Origin: Mobula hypostoma
Lineage: Eukaryota
NCBI RefSeq assembly: GCF_963921235.1
Contig: NC_086109.1
Coordinates: 4,714,001-4,778,000 of the forward strand
Direction of reading: 5' to 3'
Length of the DNA: 64,000 nucleotides
Shown: one piece after another, positions 26,981 through 38,300 of the stretch
How positions within the stretch are numbered: the first letter of the stretch is position 1
Layout of the letters: every line of letters begins with the position of its first letter
Notes under the pieces: generated by a model
What the model was told of the DNA's origin: nothing
Databases searched by the model: none
Seen by the model: the letters and a program-made list of their open reading frames with translations, nothing else
Translations under genes and position numbers: made by a program

Positions 26981-28126
26981 AAACTCTGCACAATAGTTTT
27001 ACCTGCCTGATTATATGTGATTATGGACTTCAAATGTGCAGTGTAGCCATACTGTAATGATGATACAAAAAAATCATTTGGGGCACTGAATGTTATTCCA
27101 ATCGAGCAAACAGTTTTATTCTAGATGGTGAAATATTGTAAAAACAAAATTCTGAAAATAAGCATGGCAGGCAGCATCCATTTCAGAATGATGAGCTTTT
27201 GTCTGTAACTTATCAATTCCTTGTTTAAGATTGAAGATATTGATGTTTTATTGTTTGAAAATACAAATTACAGCCTTTGTCAGTCCTTAAAACTGGTTGC
27301 ATCGCTGTCTGGTATGGGATGGGAGAACTGTACAGGATCAAAATAAATTGCAGGAAGTTGTGAACTCAGTCAACACTATCATGGGCACTAGCCTCCCCTG
27401 CATCCATGTCATCTTAAGGACCAATGACTCGAAAGGGCCACATCCATCATTAAGGACCCCCATCAGCCAGGACATGTCTTTTTCTCATTGCTACCATCAG
27501 GGAGGAAATACAGGAACCTGAAGACACACTCTCAAGGATTCAGGAATAGATTCTTCCCCTCTGCTATCTGGGAAAAAAAATATATGTGTGTGCACAGGTA
27601 TACATATGTACACACACACACACATAGATATATATTTTACTATACTGTAATTCTGTTTTTATTATTATTTATTGCAATATGCTGCTGTCATAAAAACGAC
27701 ACATTTCACAACATATGCCGGAGGTATTAAAGCATATTCTGATTCTGATAGCAGTCTGGTCGTTTGATCCTAACAGAATCTCAAATATTCACAGCTTACA
27801 AGTTTTAATTATTAAAATAATATGAATTTGTAGCATTGCAGAGCAGACTTGATGGATTCAATGGTCTTAAGGGCTTATAAAAATACAAATTACACAAAAG
27901 TATTGCAACTAGAATTGCTGGATAGATTTTCCATGAACTCTGTAAGATTACTGACATTGTGATTTTTTTTTCAATCCACAAAATTAACAACTTTGGACTT
28001 AAAAAGCAGCCCCACGTAATCTAATTTCTCCAAGCATGTATCTAAGCTAACATGCGGTAGCTTAAGGATTTCTATTATATATATTTGGATAAAAGAAGCT
28101 GGCAGATGCAATTTGCATGACCTTTA

Positions 28127-28776
28127 GATTATGAGAACACTCAGTCCTCTTTTATTGTCATTTAGAAATGCATATATGCATTAAGAAATGATGCAATGTT
28201 TCTCTGGAGTGATATCACAGAAAACAAGACAAACCAAAGACTAACACTGACAGAACCACATAATTATAACATATAGTTACAGCAGTGCAAAGCAATACCA
28301 TAATTTGATAAAGAACAGACCATGAGCATGGTAAAAAAAAAGCCCCGATTGACTCCCAAGTCCCTGATAGCGGCAGCAAAAGGGAGGAACTCCCTGCCAT
28401 AAACCTCCGGGCACCGTCAACTTGCTGATAACTTGGAAGCAGCCGACACAGAGTCCATCCGTCCGAAAACTTCGAGCTTCCGACTAGCCCCTCCAATACA
28501 GCCTCCCAAGCACCATCCTCTGCCGAGCGCCTTCGACCTAGCCCCAGCCGCCGAAACAAGCAAAGTCAAGGATTCGGGGCCTTCTGCTCCGGAGATTCCA
28601 GTTACCACACAGTAGCAGCGGCAGCGAAGCGGACATTTCAGAAGTTTCTCCAGATGTTCCTCCGTACTCTCACGTCCGTCTCCATCAAATCAGAACTGTG
28701 CACAGTCCCCTACTTGACAGATTACAGATATCATTCACTGGAGAGGCCGCGCACGCTGCCATCTTCTCCTCCTCCT
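28127..28776 (-). mobile_element. Short non-autonomous retroelement
   Basis: Flanked by CCTTTA direct repeats (28121-28126, 28777-28782); GC-rich 5' end, AATAAA near the 3' end; no credible ORF. Confidence 0.55.
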
Positions 28777-29269
28777 CCTTTAATCAGGCTCCATACAGTA
28801 CACTGGTCTAGAAGATTTATATAAGGCAGGGTCCACAGACCTCTTGTTTAACGCGTAAAAAAGTTTGGGAACCCCTAGTATATGGGGTAAAGATAAAAAA
28901 AATTAGCTTTATTTGTCACAAGTACATCAAAATATACAGTGAAATGTGTTATTTGCATCACTGGGCAGCCCGCAAGTGTCACAATGCCTATAGCGCCAAT
29001 ACAGCTTAACTACAACTTAGTAACCCTAACCATTAGTAAATTGTAGGCATCCTATGATGTTGCTGGAATGTGGCAGGAAATTGGAGCAGAGGTTGGAAAC
29101 CCATCCAGTAAATGTATAACCTCCTTGCAGACAGAGACAAGAACTGAAACCCAATTTTAATACCATTACTCGAACTGCTATGCTACGAATCGAGGCATAT
29201 ATATGCCAGCACCACACACAAAAAATGCTGGTGAATGCAGCAGGCCAGGCAACATTTAGGAAGAGGTAC

Positions 29270-29305
29270 AGTCGACGTTTCAGGCCGAGACCCTTCGTCA
29301 GGACT
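29270..29305 (-). ncRNA. Minimal hammerhead ribozyme motif (Penelope terminus)
   Basis: Identical to the 23242-23277 motif. Confidence 0.7.
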
Positions 29306-29769
29306 AACTGAAGGAAGAGCTAGTAAGAGATTTGAAAGTGGGAGGGGGAGGGGGAGATCCGAAAATGATAGGAGAAGACAGGAGGGGGAGGGATGGAGCC
29401 AAGAGCTGGACAGGTGATTGGCAAAAGGGATATGAGAGGATCATGGGACAGGAGGCCCAGGGAGAAGGAAAAGGGGGAGGGGGGAAACCCAGAGGATGGG
29501 CAAGGGGTATAGTCAGAGGGACAGAGAATGGCAAAAGGGATATGAGAGGATCATCTCTCTGACTATACCCCTTGCCCATCCTGTTTTTTTTTCCCCCTCC
29601 CCCTTTTCCTTCTTCCCGGACCTCCTGTCCCATGATCCTCTCATATCCCTTTTGCCAATCACCTGTACAGCTCTTGGCTCCATCCCTCTCCCTCCTGTCT
29701 TCTCCTATCATTTTGGATCTCCCCCTCCCCCTCCAACTTTCAAATCTCTTACTAACTTTTCCTTCAGTT

Positions 29770-29805
29770 AGTCCTGACGAAGGGTCTCGGCCTGAAACGT
29801 CGACT
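29770..29805 (+). ncRNA. Minimal hammerhead ribozyme motif (Penelope terminus)
   Basis: Identical to the 24040-24075 motif. Confidence 0.7.
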
Positions 29806-30050
29806 GTATCTCTTCCTAGAGATGCTGCCTGGCCTGCTGCGTTCACCAGCAACTTTGATGTGTGTTGCTTGAATTTCCAGCATCTGCAGAATTCCTCGTG
29901 TTTGCATATATACAGCCAGGCTGGGGGCGGGAGACACTGCCAGGGGTGGAGGGTGGTGGGCGAGGATACGCCACCCGGAGTGAGGAGGGAGGGTTATTAC
30001 TCCGGCAGTGACACTGTCCCCCGCCCCCGCTTTCCCCCAGCCGACCTTAC

Positions 30051-30105
30051 CCGCCACCTGGGCCGCCGCCACCAGCAGGGAGAGCAGCAGCAGCCAACCT
30101 GGCAT
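30051..30105 (-). CDS. Gene A (RCA/CCP-domain complement regulator-like) exon 1, signal peptide
   Basis: ATG at 30105 encodes MPGWLLLLSLLVAAAQVA(G), a hydrophobic signal peptide; it ends at a phase-1 donor G|GTAAGG and lies in a CpG-rich island. Confidence 0.85.
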
Positions 30106-30179
30106 CACCCGCCGCCCGACCCTTCAGCTGCCGTCGAAGCCCGGTCGTGCTACCCATTCTCCCGCCAAAACGTACCAGC

Positions 30180-30395
30180 GTGCGGGCTCCTGCAGCGGAG
30201 CCGGCGCTGACGACCTCAACGTGCGCGCTCCTGCAGCGGTGCCGGCGCTGACGACCTCAAGGTGCGCGCTTCTGCAGCGGTGCCGGCGCTGAGGACCTCA
30301 ACGTGCGCGCTCCTGCAGCGGTGCCGGCGCCGACGACCTCAACGCGCGCGCTCCTGTAGCGGCGCCGGCGCCGACGACCTCAACGTGCGCGCTCC
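30180..30395. repeat. CpG-rich 41-bp minisatellite (about 5.3 copies) in the gene A promoter/5' UTR
   Basis: Unit GTGCGCGCTCCTGCAGCGGTGCCGGCGCTGACGACCTCAAC starts at 30180, 30221, 30262, 30303, 30344 and 30385, 75 bp upstream of the ATG. Confidence 0.95.
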
Positions 30396-30399
30396 AAAT

Positions 30400-33250
30400 G
30401 TGGATCCTCACTCCTCAGTGATGATCTCCGGGGTTTCAACATTCAGAAGGTTTCAACGAGATCGCCCCACATTCTTCTAAATTCCAGCGAGTACAGGCCC
30501 AAAGCTGTCACACGCTCCTCATATGTTATCCCCTTCATTCCTGGATCATCCTCATGAACTTCCCCTGGACTCCCTCCAATGACAATACATCCTTTCTGAG
30601 CTATGGGGCCCAAAACTGTTGACAATACTCCGATTGTAGCTTGACTAGTGTCTTATAAAGGCTCAGCATTATCTCCTTGCTTTTATATTCTATTTCCCTT
30701 GAAATAAATGCCAATATTTTATTTGCCTTCTTTACCACAGACTCAACCTGTAAATTAACCTTCTGGGAGTCTTGCACAAGGACTCCTAAGTCCCTCTGCA
30801 CCTCTGATGTTTGAAGCTTCTCCCCATTTAGATAATAGTCCGCACTAGTGTTCCTTTTATCAAAATATATTATCATACATTTCCCAACATTGTATTCCTT
30901 CTGCCACTTTTTTGCCCATTCTTCCAATTTGCCTAAGGCCTGCTGCAATCGCATTGCTTCCTCGGCATGACCTATCCCTCCCCCTATCTTCATATCATCC
31001 ACAAATGTTGTCACAAAGTCAGCAATTCTGTTATCTAAATTATTGACAAATAATGTGAAAAGTAGCCGTCCCAATACTGACTCCTGAGGAACACCACTAG
31101 TCTCTCGCAGCCAACCAGAAAATGCCCCTTTTATTCGCACTCGCTCTATCCATGCCAGTATCTTTCCTGTAATTGCATGGGATTTTATCTTGTTAAACAG
31201 CCTTAAGTATGCCATCTTATCAAATGCCTTCTGAAAATCCAAGTAAATGACATCCACTATCTCTCCTTTGTCCACCCTGCTTGTTACTTCCTTGAAGAAC
31301 TTTAACAGATTTGTCAGACAAGATTTCCCTTTACAGAAACCATGCTGACTTTGACTTATCATTAGTTTCCAAGTACCTCAAAACCTCATCCTTAATAATA
31401 TACTCCCAACACTTTCCCAAACACTGAGGTTAGACTAACTGGCGTGTATTTTCCTTTCTTTTGATTTTCTCCCTTCTTAAATCGTGGAGTGAAATTTTCA
31501 ATCATCCAATCGTCCAGCACTATGCTGGAATCAAGTGATTCTTGAAAGATCATGACCAATGCGTCTGTTATCCCTTCAGCAACATCTCTCAGGACTCTGG
31601 GATATAGTCCATCTGGTCCAGGTGACCTATTCACCTTAAGATCTTTGAGTTTGCTTAGCACTTTTTCCTACGTAATTGCAAAGGCACTCCTGGTCCCTGA
31701 TACTCGCGGACCTCTTCCACACTGCTCGTGTCTTCCAGTGAAGACAGATGCAAAGTACCCATTAAGTTCATCTGCCACTTCTTTGTCCCCCATTACTACT
31801 TCACCAGCATTATTTTCTGGTGGTCCAATATCAACTCTCAGCTCCCTTTTAGTCTTTATATAACTGAAAAAACTTTTGGTCAGAGGTAAGTTTTTCACAC
31901 AGAGAGAGGTGGGTGCATGGAATGCACTACCAGCGAAGGTAGTAGAGGTGGATACAATAGGGTCTTTTAAGAGACTCTCAGATAGGTACATGGAGCTTAG
32001 AAAAATAGAAGACTATGCTATAGGGAAATTCTAGGCAGCTTCTAGAGGTTACATGGTTGGCACAATATTGTTTATATGTATCCTGCTTTATATTATTGGC
32101 TAGCCTGTCCTTTTATTTCACCTTTTTCCTTTCTTATAGCTTTTTTAGTTGCCTTTTGTTGAATTTTAAAAGCTACCCAATAATCTAACTTCCCATTCAC
32201 TTTTGCTACCTTGTATGCCCTTTCCTTGGTTTTTATGCAGTCCTTAACTTCCTTTGTCAGCCACGGTTGCCTACCCCTGCCATTTGAGAACAACTTCTGT
32301 GGACATATCTCAGATATCCCACCTCTCCCGGAAGTTCCGGGAGTCTCCTGCAAATTAATAGTGGCTCCCTGATGCCCGCGTATTATAAACAATGTCCCAG
32401 AAATTGATTTTTTTGAGAGCGAGTGTGAGAGAATGCGCGAGAGAGAGCGAACGCAAGAGCAAGAAAGCAAGCGTGAGAGAGTGAGCGCGAGTGAGAGCGA
32501 CCACGAGACAGACAGTGTGAGAGAGTGAGCGTGAGTGAGAGCGACCACGAGCGAGAGAGCACGTGCGTGATAGAGAGAGAGAGCAAGAGCAAGAGAGTGC
32601 CAAAAAAGTCAGAGTGGCAGAGTGTTCCAAAAAGAAAATATAAAACGTACGTCACTCCAGACTACACTCAAGTGTACCCCTGCCTAATAGGGGTCAAAAA
32701 TAATGACAGTGTTGCTCGCTGCACTGTTTGCAACAGTGACTTTTCTATTGCCCATGGTGGGTTAAGACTGTAAAAGACATGTTGAGGTGAGTTTGACAGG
32801 TGTCATTCGTTCATTAGCATAGCTAACGTTATTTAAACTAGCTGGCTAGCTGCTAAGGAGCTACTCTATTGCAGACATCCCACCTCTCCCGGAAGTCTCC
32901 CACAAATTGATGGTGCTACCTCCCTGAAATGAGTTTTTGCAGGGTGGGATGTCTGATATCTATCCTGCGCCTTGTGAACTATTCCATTATTATTCTAAGT
33001 TATTCCCAGAAACTTCAGCCATCTCTGCTCTGCCATTATCCTCCTCCAGTCTACCTGGGCAAGCTCCTCTCTCATGCCTTTATTCCATTGCGATACTGAT
33101 ACATGTGACTTGTGCTTCTTCCTCTCAAATTGCAATACGAATTCAATCATTTTATGATCATTTTCTCCTAAGGGTTCCTTTACGTTAAGCTCCCTAATAA
33201 GGTCTGGGTTATTACACAACACCCAAGGTAAGACAGCCTTTCCCCGAGTG
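30400..33250 (-). mobile_element. Older CR1 LINE with nested insertions
   Basis: SQHGFCKGKSCLTNL, YLDFQKAFDK and SPGPDGLYPRVL pieces; interrupted by a plus-strand CR1 tail (about 31880-32075) and a hAT-like element. Confidence 0.88.
32311..32955 (+). mobile_element. Non-autonomous hAT-like DNA transposon with BED-finger-like remnant
   Basis: TIRs CAGATATCCCACC / GGTGGGATGTCTG; 6-bp TSD ATATCT; ARCTVCNSDFSIAHGG..CKRH remnant; GA-rich internal microsatellite. Confidence 0.75.
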
Positions 33251-33695
33251 GGTCATGTCACAGACACTCTCTTCCTGTGGAACCCAGTCCAGCTGATCGC
33301 AGGTGGATTCTTGACTATAAATAATGAGTTATATGGAGAGAGATTATTGGGCCCAACAATTCTGTCCCATTCTATGTAAGAATAGTGCTGCGGTCCCACT
33401 CCTTCCTTCCTTCCTCTTCTCCCCCTCCCAAATGAATTATTCCCTCTCAAATATTCCTTTGGTTCAGTTTTCAACAGTACTTTTAAATCTGCCTCTACCC
33501 TAGCAATATATTCCAAACCCTCACTTCTCTTCATTGTTAGTGGCAGAATACATGCAACAAGAAGAAAATGAATTTTAAATGAAGTACTAGTATCTGTAAT
33601 CTCTGCTCTAGAGAAGAGATTCCCAACCTGGATCCATGGATCGTCACCCAGAGAGTAGTGGAGCAACTTGCAATTTATGTTATAGCATAACGACT

Positions 33696-34015
33696 AGAAC
33701 TGACAGGCTCTCACTCACCATCAAAGAAGAAAGAGAGATTGGGATTGCTTGAGTGCCGGATTCTCGAGTCGGGCGGCTTCGAGAAGCCATGTGGCCCAGT
33801 GTTTCGATATTTCCAGGTGGGGCCTGGAAGATGTGCATCTTCGGGGTGCGACCCGTGGATGACCAAGTTTCTCGCTGAAGTCACCAACTGAAGCGTCGTG
33901 GGAGATAGAAACATCAAGACAGCATGCGGTGTGCGCTGCTGTCGGGAGGCCCCTGCACTCAAGCAATCCCAATCTCTCTTTCTTCTTTGATGGTGAGTGA
34001 GAGCCTGTCAGTTCT
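33696..34015. repeat. Perfect 61-bp inverted repeat with a 198-bp spacer
   Basis: 33696-33756 is the exact reverse complement of 33955-34015. Confidence 0.92.
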
Positions 34016-35399
34016 CGAGTCAGGGGGCTTCGAGAAGCAATGCTGCAAGTTGTAGCATCGAAACACCAAGTTGTTCGCCTCCCCTCTGGTTTGTTGCAGG
34101 AGCGATATCTCCCTGTCCCTCGCTAGCAAGTGGGGGTGGGGGGGGAAGGGTTGATGCTTTTGCTGCTGGGAGGAGTGGGCTTTGGGGTTCTAATGTTTTC
34201 TGTCATTCACTCTTTGAGTCTTTTTCTGTTTCATGGATGCCTGTGAAGAGTAAGAATTTCAGGTTGTATGCTGTATACATTCTCTGATATTAAATTGAAC
34301 CACCGAGCAGCAATAGGACATCCTCCATCACTACAATAGTGATAATGTTGTATCACAACACTCGCCCCGCCCAACACACACACACTACTATAAATAGGTA
34401 CAAACACTCACACCCAATTGTCTTGCGATAGCTTTTATTCCTTTAGTTTCAACCAATTAGGGTGTTGTTCCATGGTTGTATAAATAACAGTAAAGATTCA
34501 TTTACCAAATTACACTAATCACAATATTGAAAATGATCCTTTGGCAGTTTAGTCTGAATTTAATAATAGCTTCTAAAAATTTTCAGAACGTTTAATATCA
34601 GGGATCAACTTGGTGGCAATTTTACACAGAACAGAAATATACAAAAATATATCTTCATATCTCATACAATAGTCACTTGATCTCATTAATAGTTAAAATA
34701 GATTTAAATAATTCAACTCAGTACAAATTAACAGACATTCACATTCTCCAGATTAATATGTTTCACGCGCGCAGAGTGTTTCTGTGATGTCTTCCACCTA
34801 CCGAGTCCCTGCTGATCGATTTACTCTCCACATCAACTCTCCTTGGATACTACCCTTCACTTACACACCAGCAACAAATTACCAACCAGCAGTGGGAGAA
34901 AAGCAAAACACCCAGTAGCAACCCAGATCAAAAGACCGTAAGATATAGCAGCAGAATTAGAACATTTGGCCCATCGAGTCTCCTCCACCATTTCATCATG
35001 GATGATCCATTTTCCCACTCCAGCCTTCTCCCAGTAATGACTTAATCAAGAATCTTTTTTTTAAAAATCTTTTTATTGAGTAAGTATACAAAAAAGGTAA
35101 GCCATATAAACATTAATACAATGTTAAAGTATAATAAAATTCCAAAAGGTATCAATACCAAAAAAAATACTACAAACAATGTAATTTAAACATAAGAAAC
35201 CAAGATAACATAATAGTATACTAAATTTTATATATATCAATGGAAAAAAAAACCCCCAAAAAAAAACCCACCGTGCAACTAACTAAAAGCAAGGCAAAGC
35301 AATGGGCTAACTTGAAACCAAACAGAGTTAAACTTAAAATCACGTCCTCAATCCCGACCTCCATTAAAAACAGTGAAAAAAAAACAAGAAGGGTAAATA

Positions 35400-38300
35400 T
35401 TACATTAAATGAAAATATCGAATAAAAGGTCCCCAAATCTGTTCAAATTTAAATGAAGATTCATAAAGGTTACTTCTAATTTTCTCCAAATTCAAACATA
35501 AAATCGTCTGAGAAAACCAAAAAAAGGTAGTTGGAGCATTAAGCTCTTTCCAATGTTGTAAAATACATCTTTTCGCCATTAAAGTAAGAAATGCAATCAT
35601 TCTACGGGCTGAAGGGGAAAGATTACTAGAAATTTTAGGTAGTCCAAAGATAGCAGTAATAGGGTGAGGAGAGATATCTATATTTAATACCTTAGAAATA
35701 ATATTAAAAATATCTCTCCAAAAAGTTTCCAAAGTAGGGCAAGACCAAAACATATGAGTTAAAGAGGCTATCTGCCCCGAACATCTATCACAGAAAGGAT
35801 TAATATGCGAGTAAAAACGCGCTAACTTATCTTTGGACATATGTGCTCTAGGAACCACTTTAAATTGAATTAGGGAATGTTTAGCACAAATAGAGGAAGT
35901 ATTAACTAATTGTAAAATCTGCCCCCAATCATCCACAGAAATGGTAAGCCCCAATTCCTGTTCCCAATCTACCCTAATCTTATCAAATGGAGCTTTCCTA
36001 AGTTTCATAATAATATTATAAATCATAGCCGATGCACCTTTCTGACATGGATTGAGGTTAATTATCGAATCTAAAATATATGTAGGAGGAAGCATTGGAA
36101 AGGAAGAAAGTATAGTACTTAGGAAATTTCTAACTTGTAAATATCTAAAAAAATGTATTCTTGATAAGTTATATTTATTAGATAATTGTTCAAAAGACAT
36201 AAGGGAACCATCTAAAAATAAATCCAAAAACCGTAAAATACCCTTAGTCTTCCAAGTTTGAAAAGCGCGATCCGTAAAGGAGGGAGGAAAAAATATGTTA
36301 CCTAAAATAGGAATCGCTAACCCGAATTGATTAAGATCAAAAAATTTTCTGAATTGAAACCAAATGCGCAAGGCATATTTAACTATCGGGTTAGAGACCT
36401 GCTTAAGGCGTTTCGAATCAAAAGGGAGAGAGGAGCCTAAAATAGAGCCAAGTGTATAACCCTGAACAGATTGTAATTCCAATGCTACCCATTTAGGAAT
36501 AGATAGTATGTCCTGGTCAAGTAACCAAAATTTCATATGTCGAATATTAATAGCCCAATAATAGAATCTAAAGTTAGGTAATGCTAAACCTCCATCTCTC
36601 TTAGCTTTCTGTAAATGTATTTTACCCAGTCTCGGATTCTTATTCTGCCAAATAAATGAAGAAATTTTAGAGTCAACTTTATCAAAGAAAGATTTTGGAA
36701 CGAAAATTGGTAATGCCTGAAACACATATAAAAATTTTGGCAAAAAAAACATCTTAACTGCATTAATACGACCAATCAAAGTTAAATATAAGGGAAACCA
36801 TTTAGATGAAAGTTGAGTAATATGGTCTATTAATGGTAAAAAGTTAATCTTAAATAAATCTTTGTATTTACAAGTAATTTTAATCCCAAGATATGAAAAA
36901 TAATTATTAATCAATTTAAATGGAAATTTATAATATAAGGGAAGATGTTTATTAATCGGAAAAAGTTCACTCTTACTAAGATTTAATTTATAACCTGAGA
37001 AAAAACCAAATTGTGCTAATAACTCTAAAACAGCAGGAATAGATTTCTCAGGATTAGAAATATATAAAAGTAAATCATCAGCATAGAGTGATAATTTATG
37101 GGACTTTAATCCCCGAGTTATCCCAGTAATATTTGAAGATTCTCGAATAGCAATTGCAAGAGGTTCTAATGCAATATCAAATAATAGGGGACTAAGAGGA
37201 CAGCCTTGTCGAGTACCACGAAAGAGAGGGAAAAAAGGTGAGTTTAAAGAGTTAGTACAAACCGAGGCTACAGGGGAATGATATAACAGTTTAATCCAGG
37301 ATATAAATTTCAAGCTAAAATTAAACATTTCAAGCACCTTAAATAAATAAGGCCATTCTACTCTATCAAAAGCTTTCTCGGCATCTAAAGAAATAACACA
37401 CTCAGGAACATTTTGTGAGGGAGTATAAACGATATTTAACAATGTACGAATATTATAAAAAGAGTAATGACCTTTAATAAAACCCGTTTGGTCTTCCGAA
37501 ATAATAGAAGGAAGTACTTTTTCTAGTCTATTTGCTAATAACTTAGAAAAAACTTTAGAATCAACATTTAATAAAGATATTGGTCTATAAGATGCACATT
37601 GAGCAGGGTCTTTATCCTTCTTTAGTATTAGAGAAATTGATGCTCTATTAAAAGATTCAGGAAGTTTACCAAGTTTCAGAGAAGCCTCAAAAACCCTACA
37701 GAGCCAAGGAATCAATAAAGAAGCAAAACATTTATAAAATTCAACGGTAAACCCATCTGGGCCAGGAGCTTTCCCCAGATTCATAGAAAAAATAACATTC
37801 TTAATCTCATCCATTGTAATGGAAGTATCTAATAAAGACATATCCTGTGAAATCTGAGGGAAGTCTAACTTATCTAAAAAATCATTCATATATTTAGAAT
37901 CTCGAGGAGACTCTGATTGATATAAAGAAGAATAAAAATCACAAAAGGTTTGATTAATCCCCACATGATCCAGTATCAATCGATCATTTTGGTTATAAAT
38001 CTGATTGATTTGAGATTTAACATAATTAGATTTCAATTGATTAGCCAGCAGCTTGCCAATTTTGTCACTGTGAACATAAAAGTCACTTCTTGTTTTCTTT
38101 AATTGGTTTACAATCGAGGACGAAAGTAGTAAACTGTGTTCCATTTGAAGTTCAGTTCTTTGTTTGTATAACTCCTCAGAAGGAGCCATAACATATTTCT
38201 TATCAATTTCTTTAATCTTGTCCACAATTGCCGTCTCCTCCTGCTTCTGTTTCTTCCTCAAAGCAGCAGAATACGAAATAATCTGACCCCGAATATAGGC

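Larger units (their letters stand above)
29212..29903. mobile_element. Second inverted pair of Penelope-like 3' ends, in intron 1 of gene A
   Basis: Minus copy about 29212-29551, plus copy about 29552-29903; imperfect TSD GCATATATATGCCAG / GCATATATACAGCCAG. Confidence 0.85.

Noticed and set aside
29764..30108. 114-aa ORF as a single-exon gene
   Set aside because: Only the first 55 nt from the ATG are exonic; the rest reads through the GTAAGG donor into a Penelope repeat.
30180..30395. CRISPR-like regular repeats
   Set aside because: Head-to-tail units with no unique spacers, in a eukaryotic context.
32093..32655. Ser/Leu-rich ORFs
   Set aside because: Translation of the GA/CT microsatellite inside the hAT-like element.
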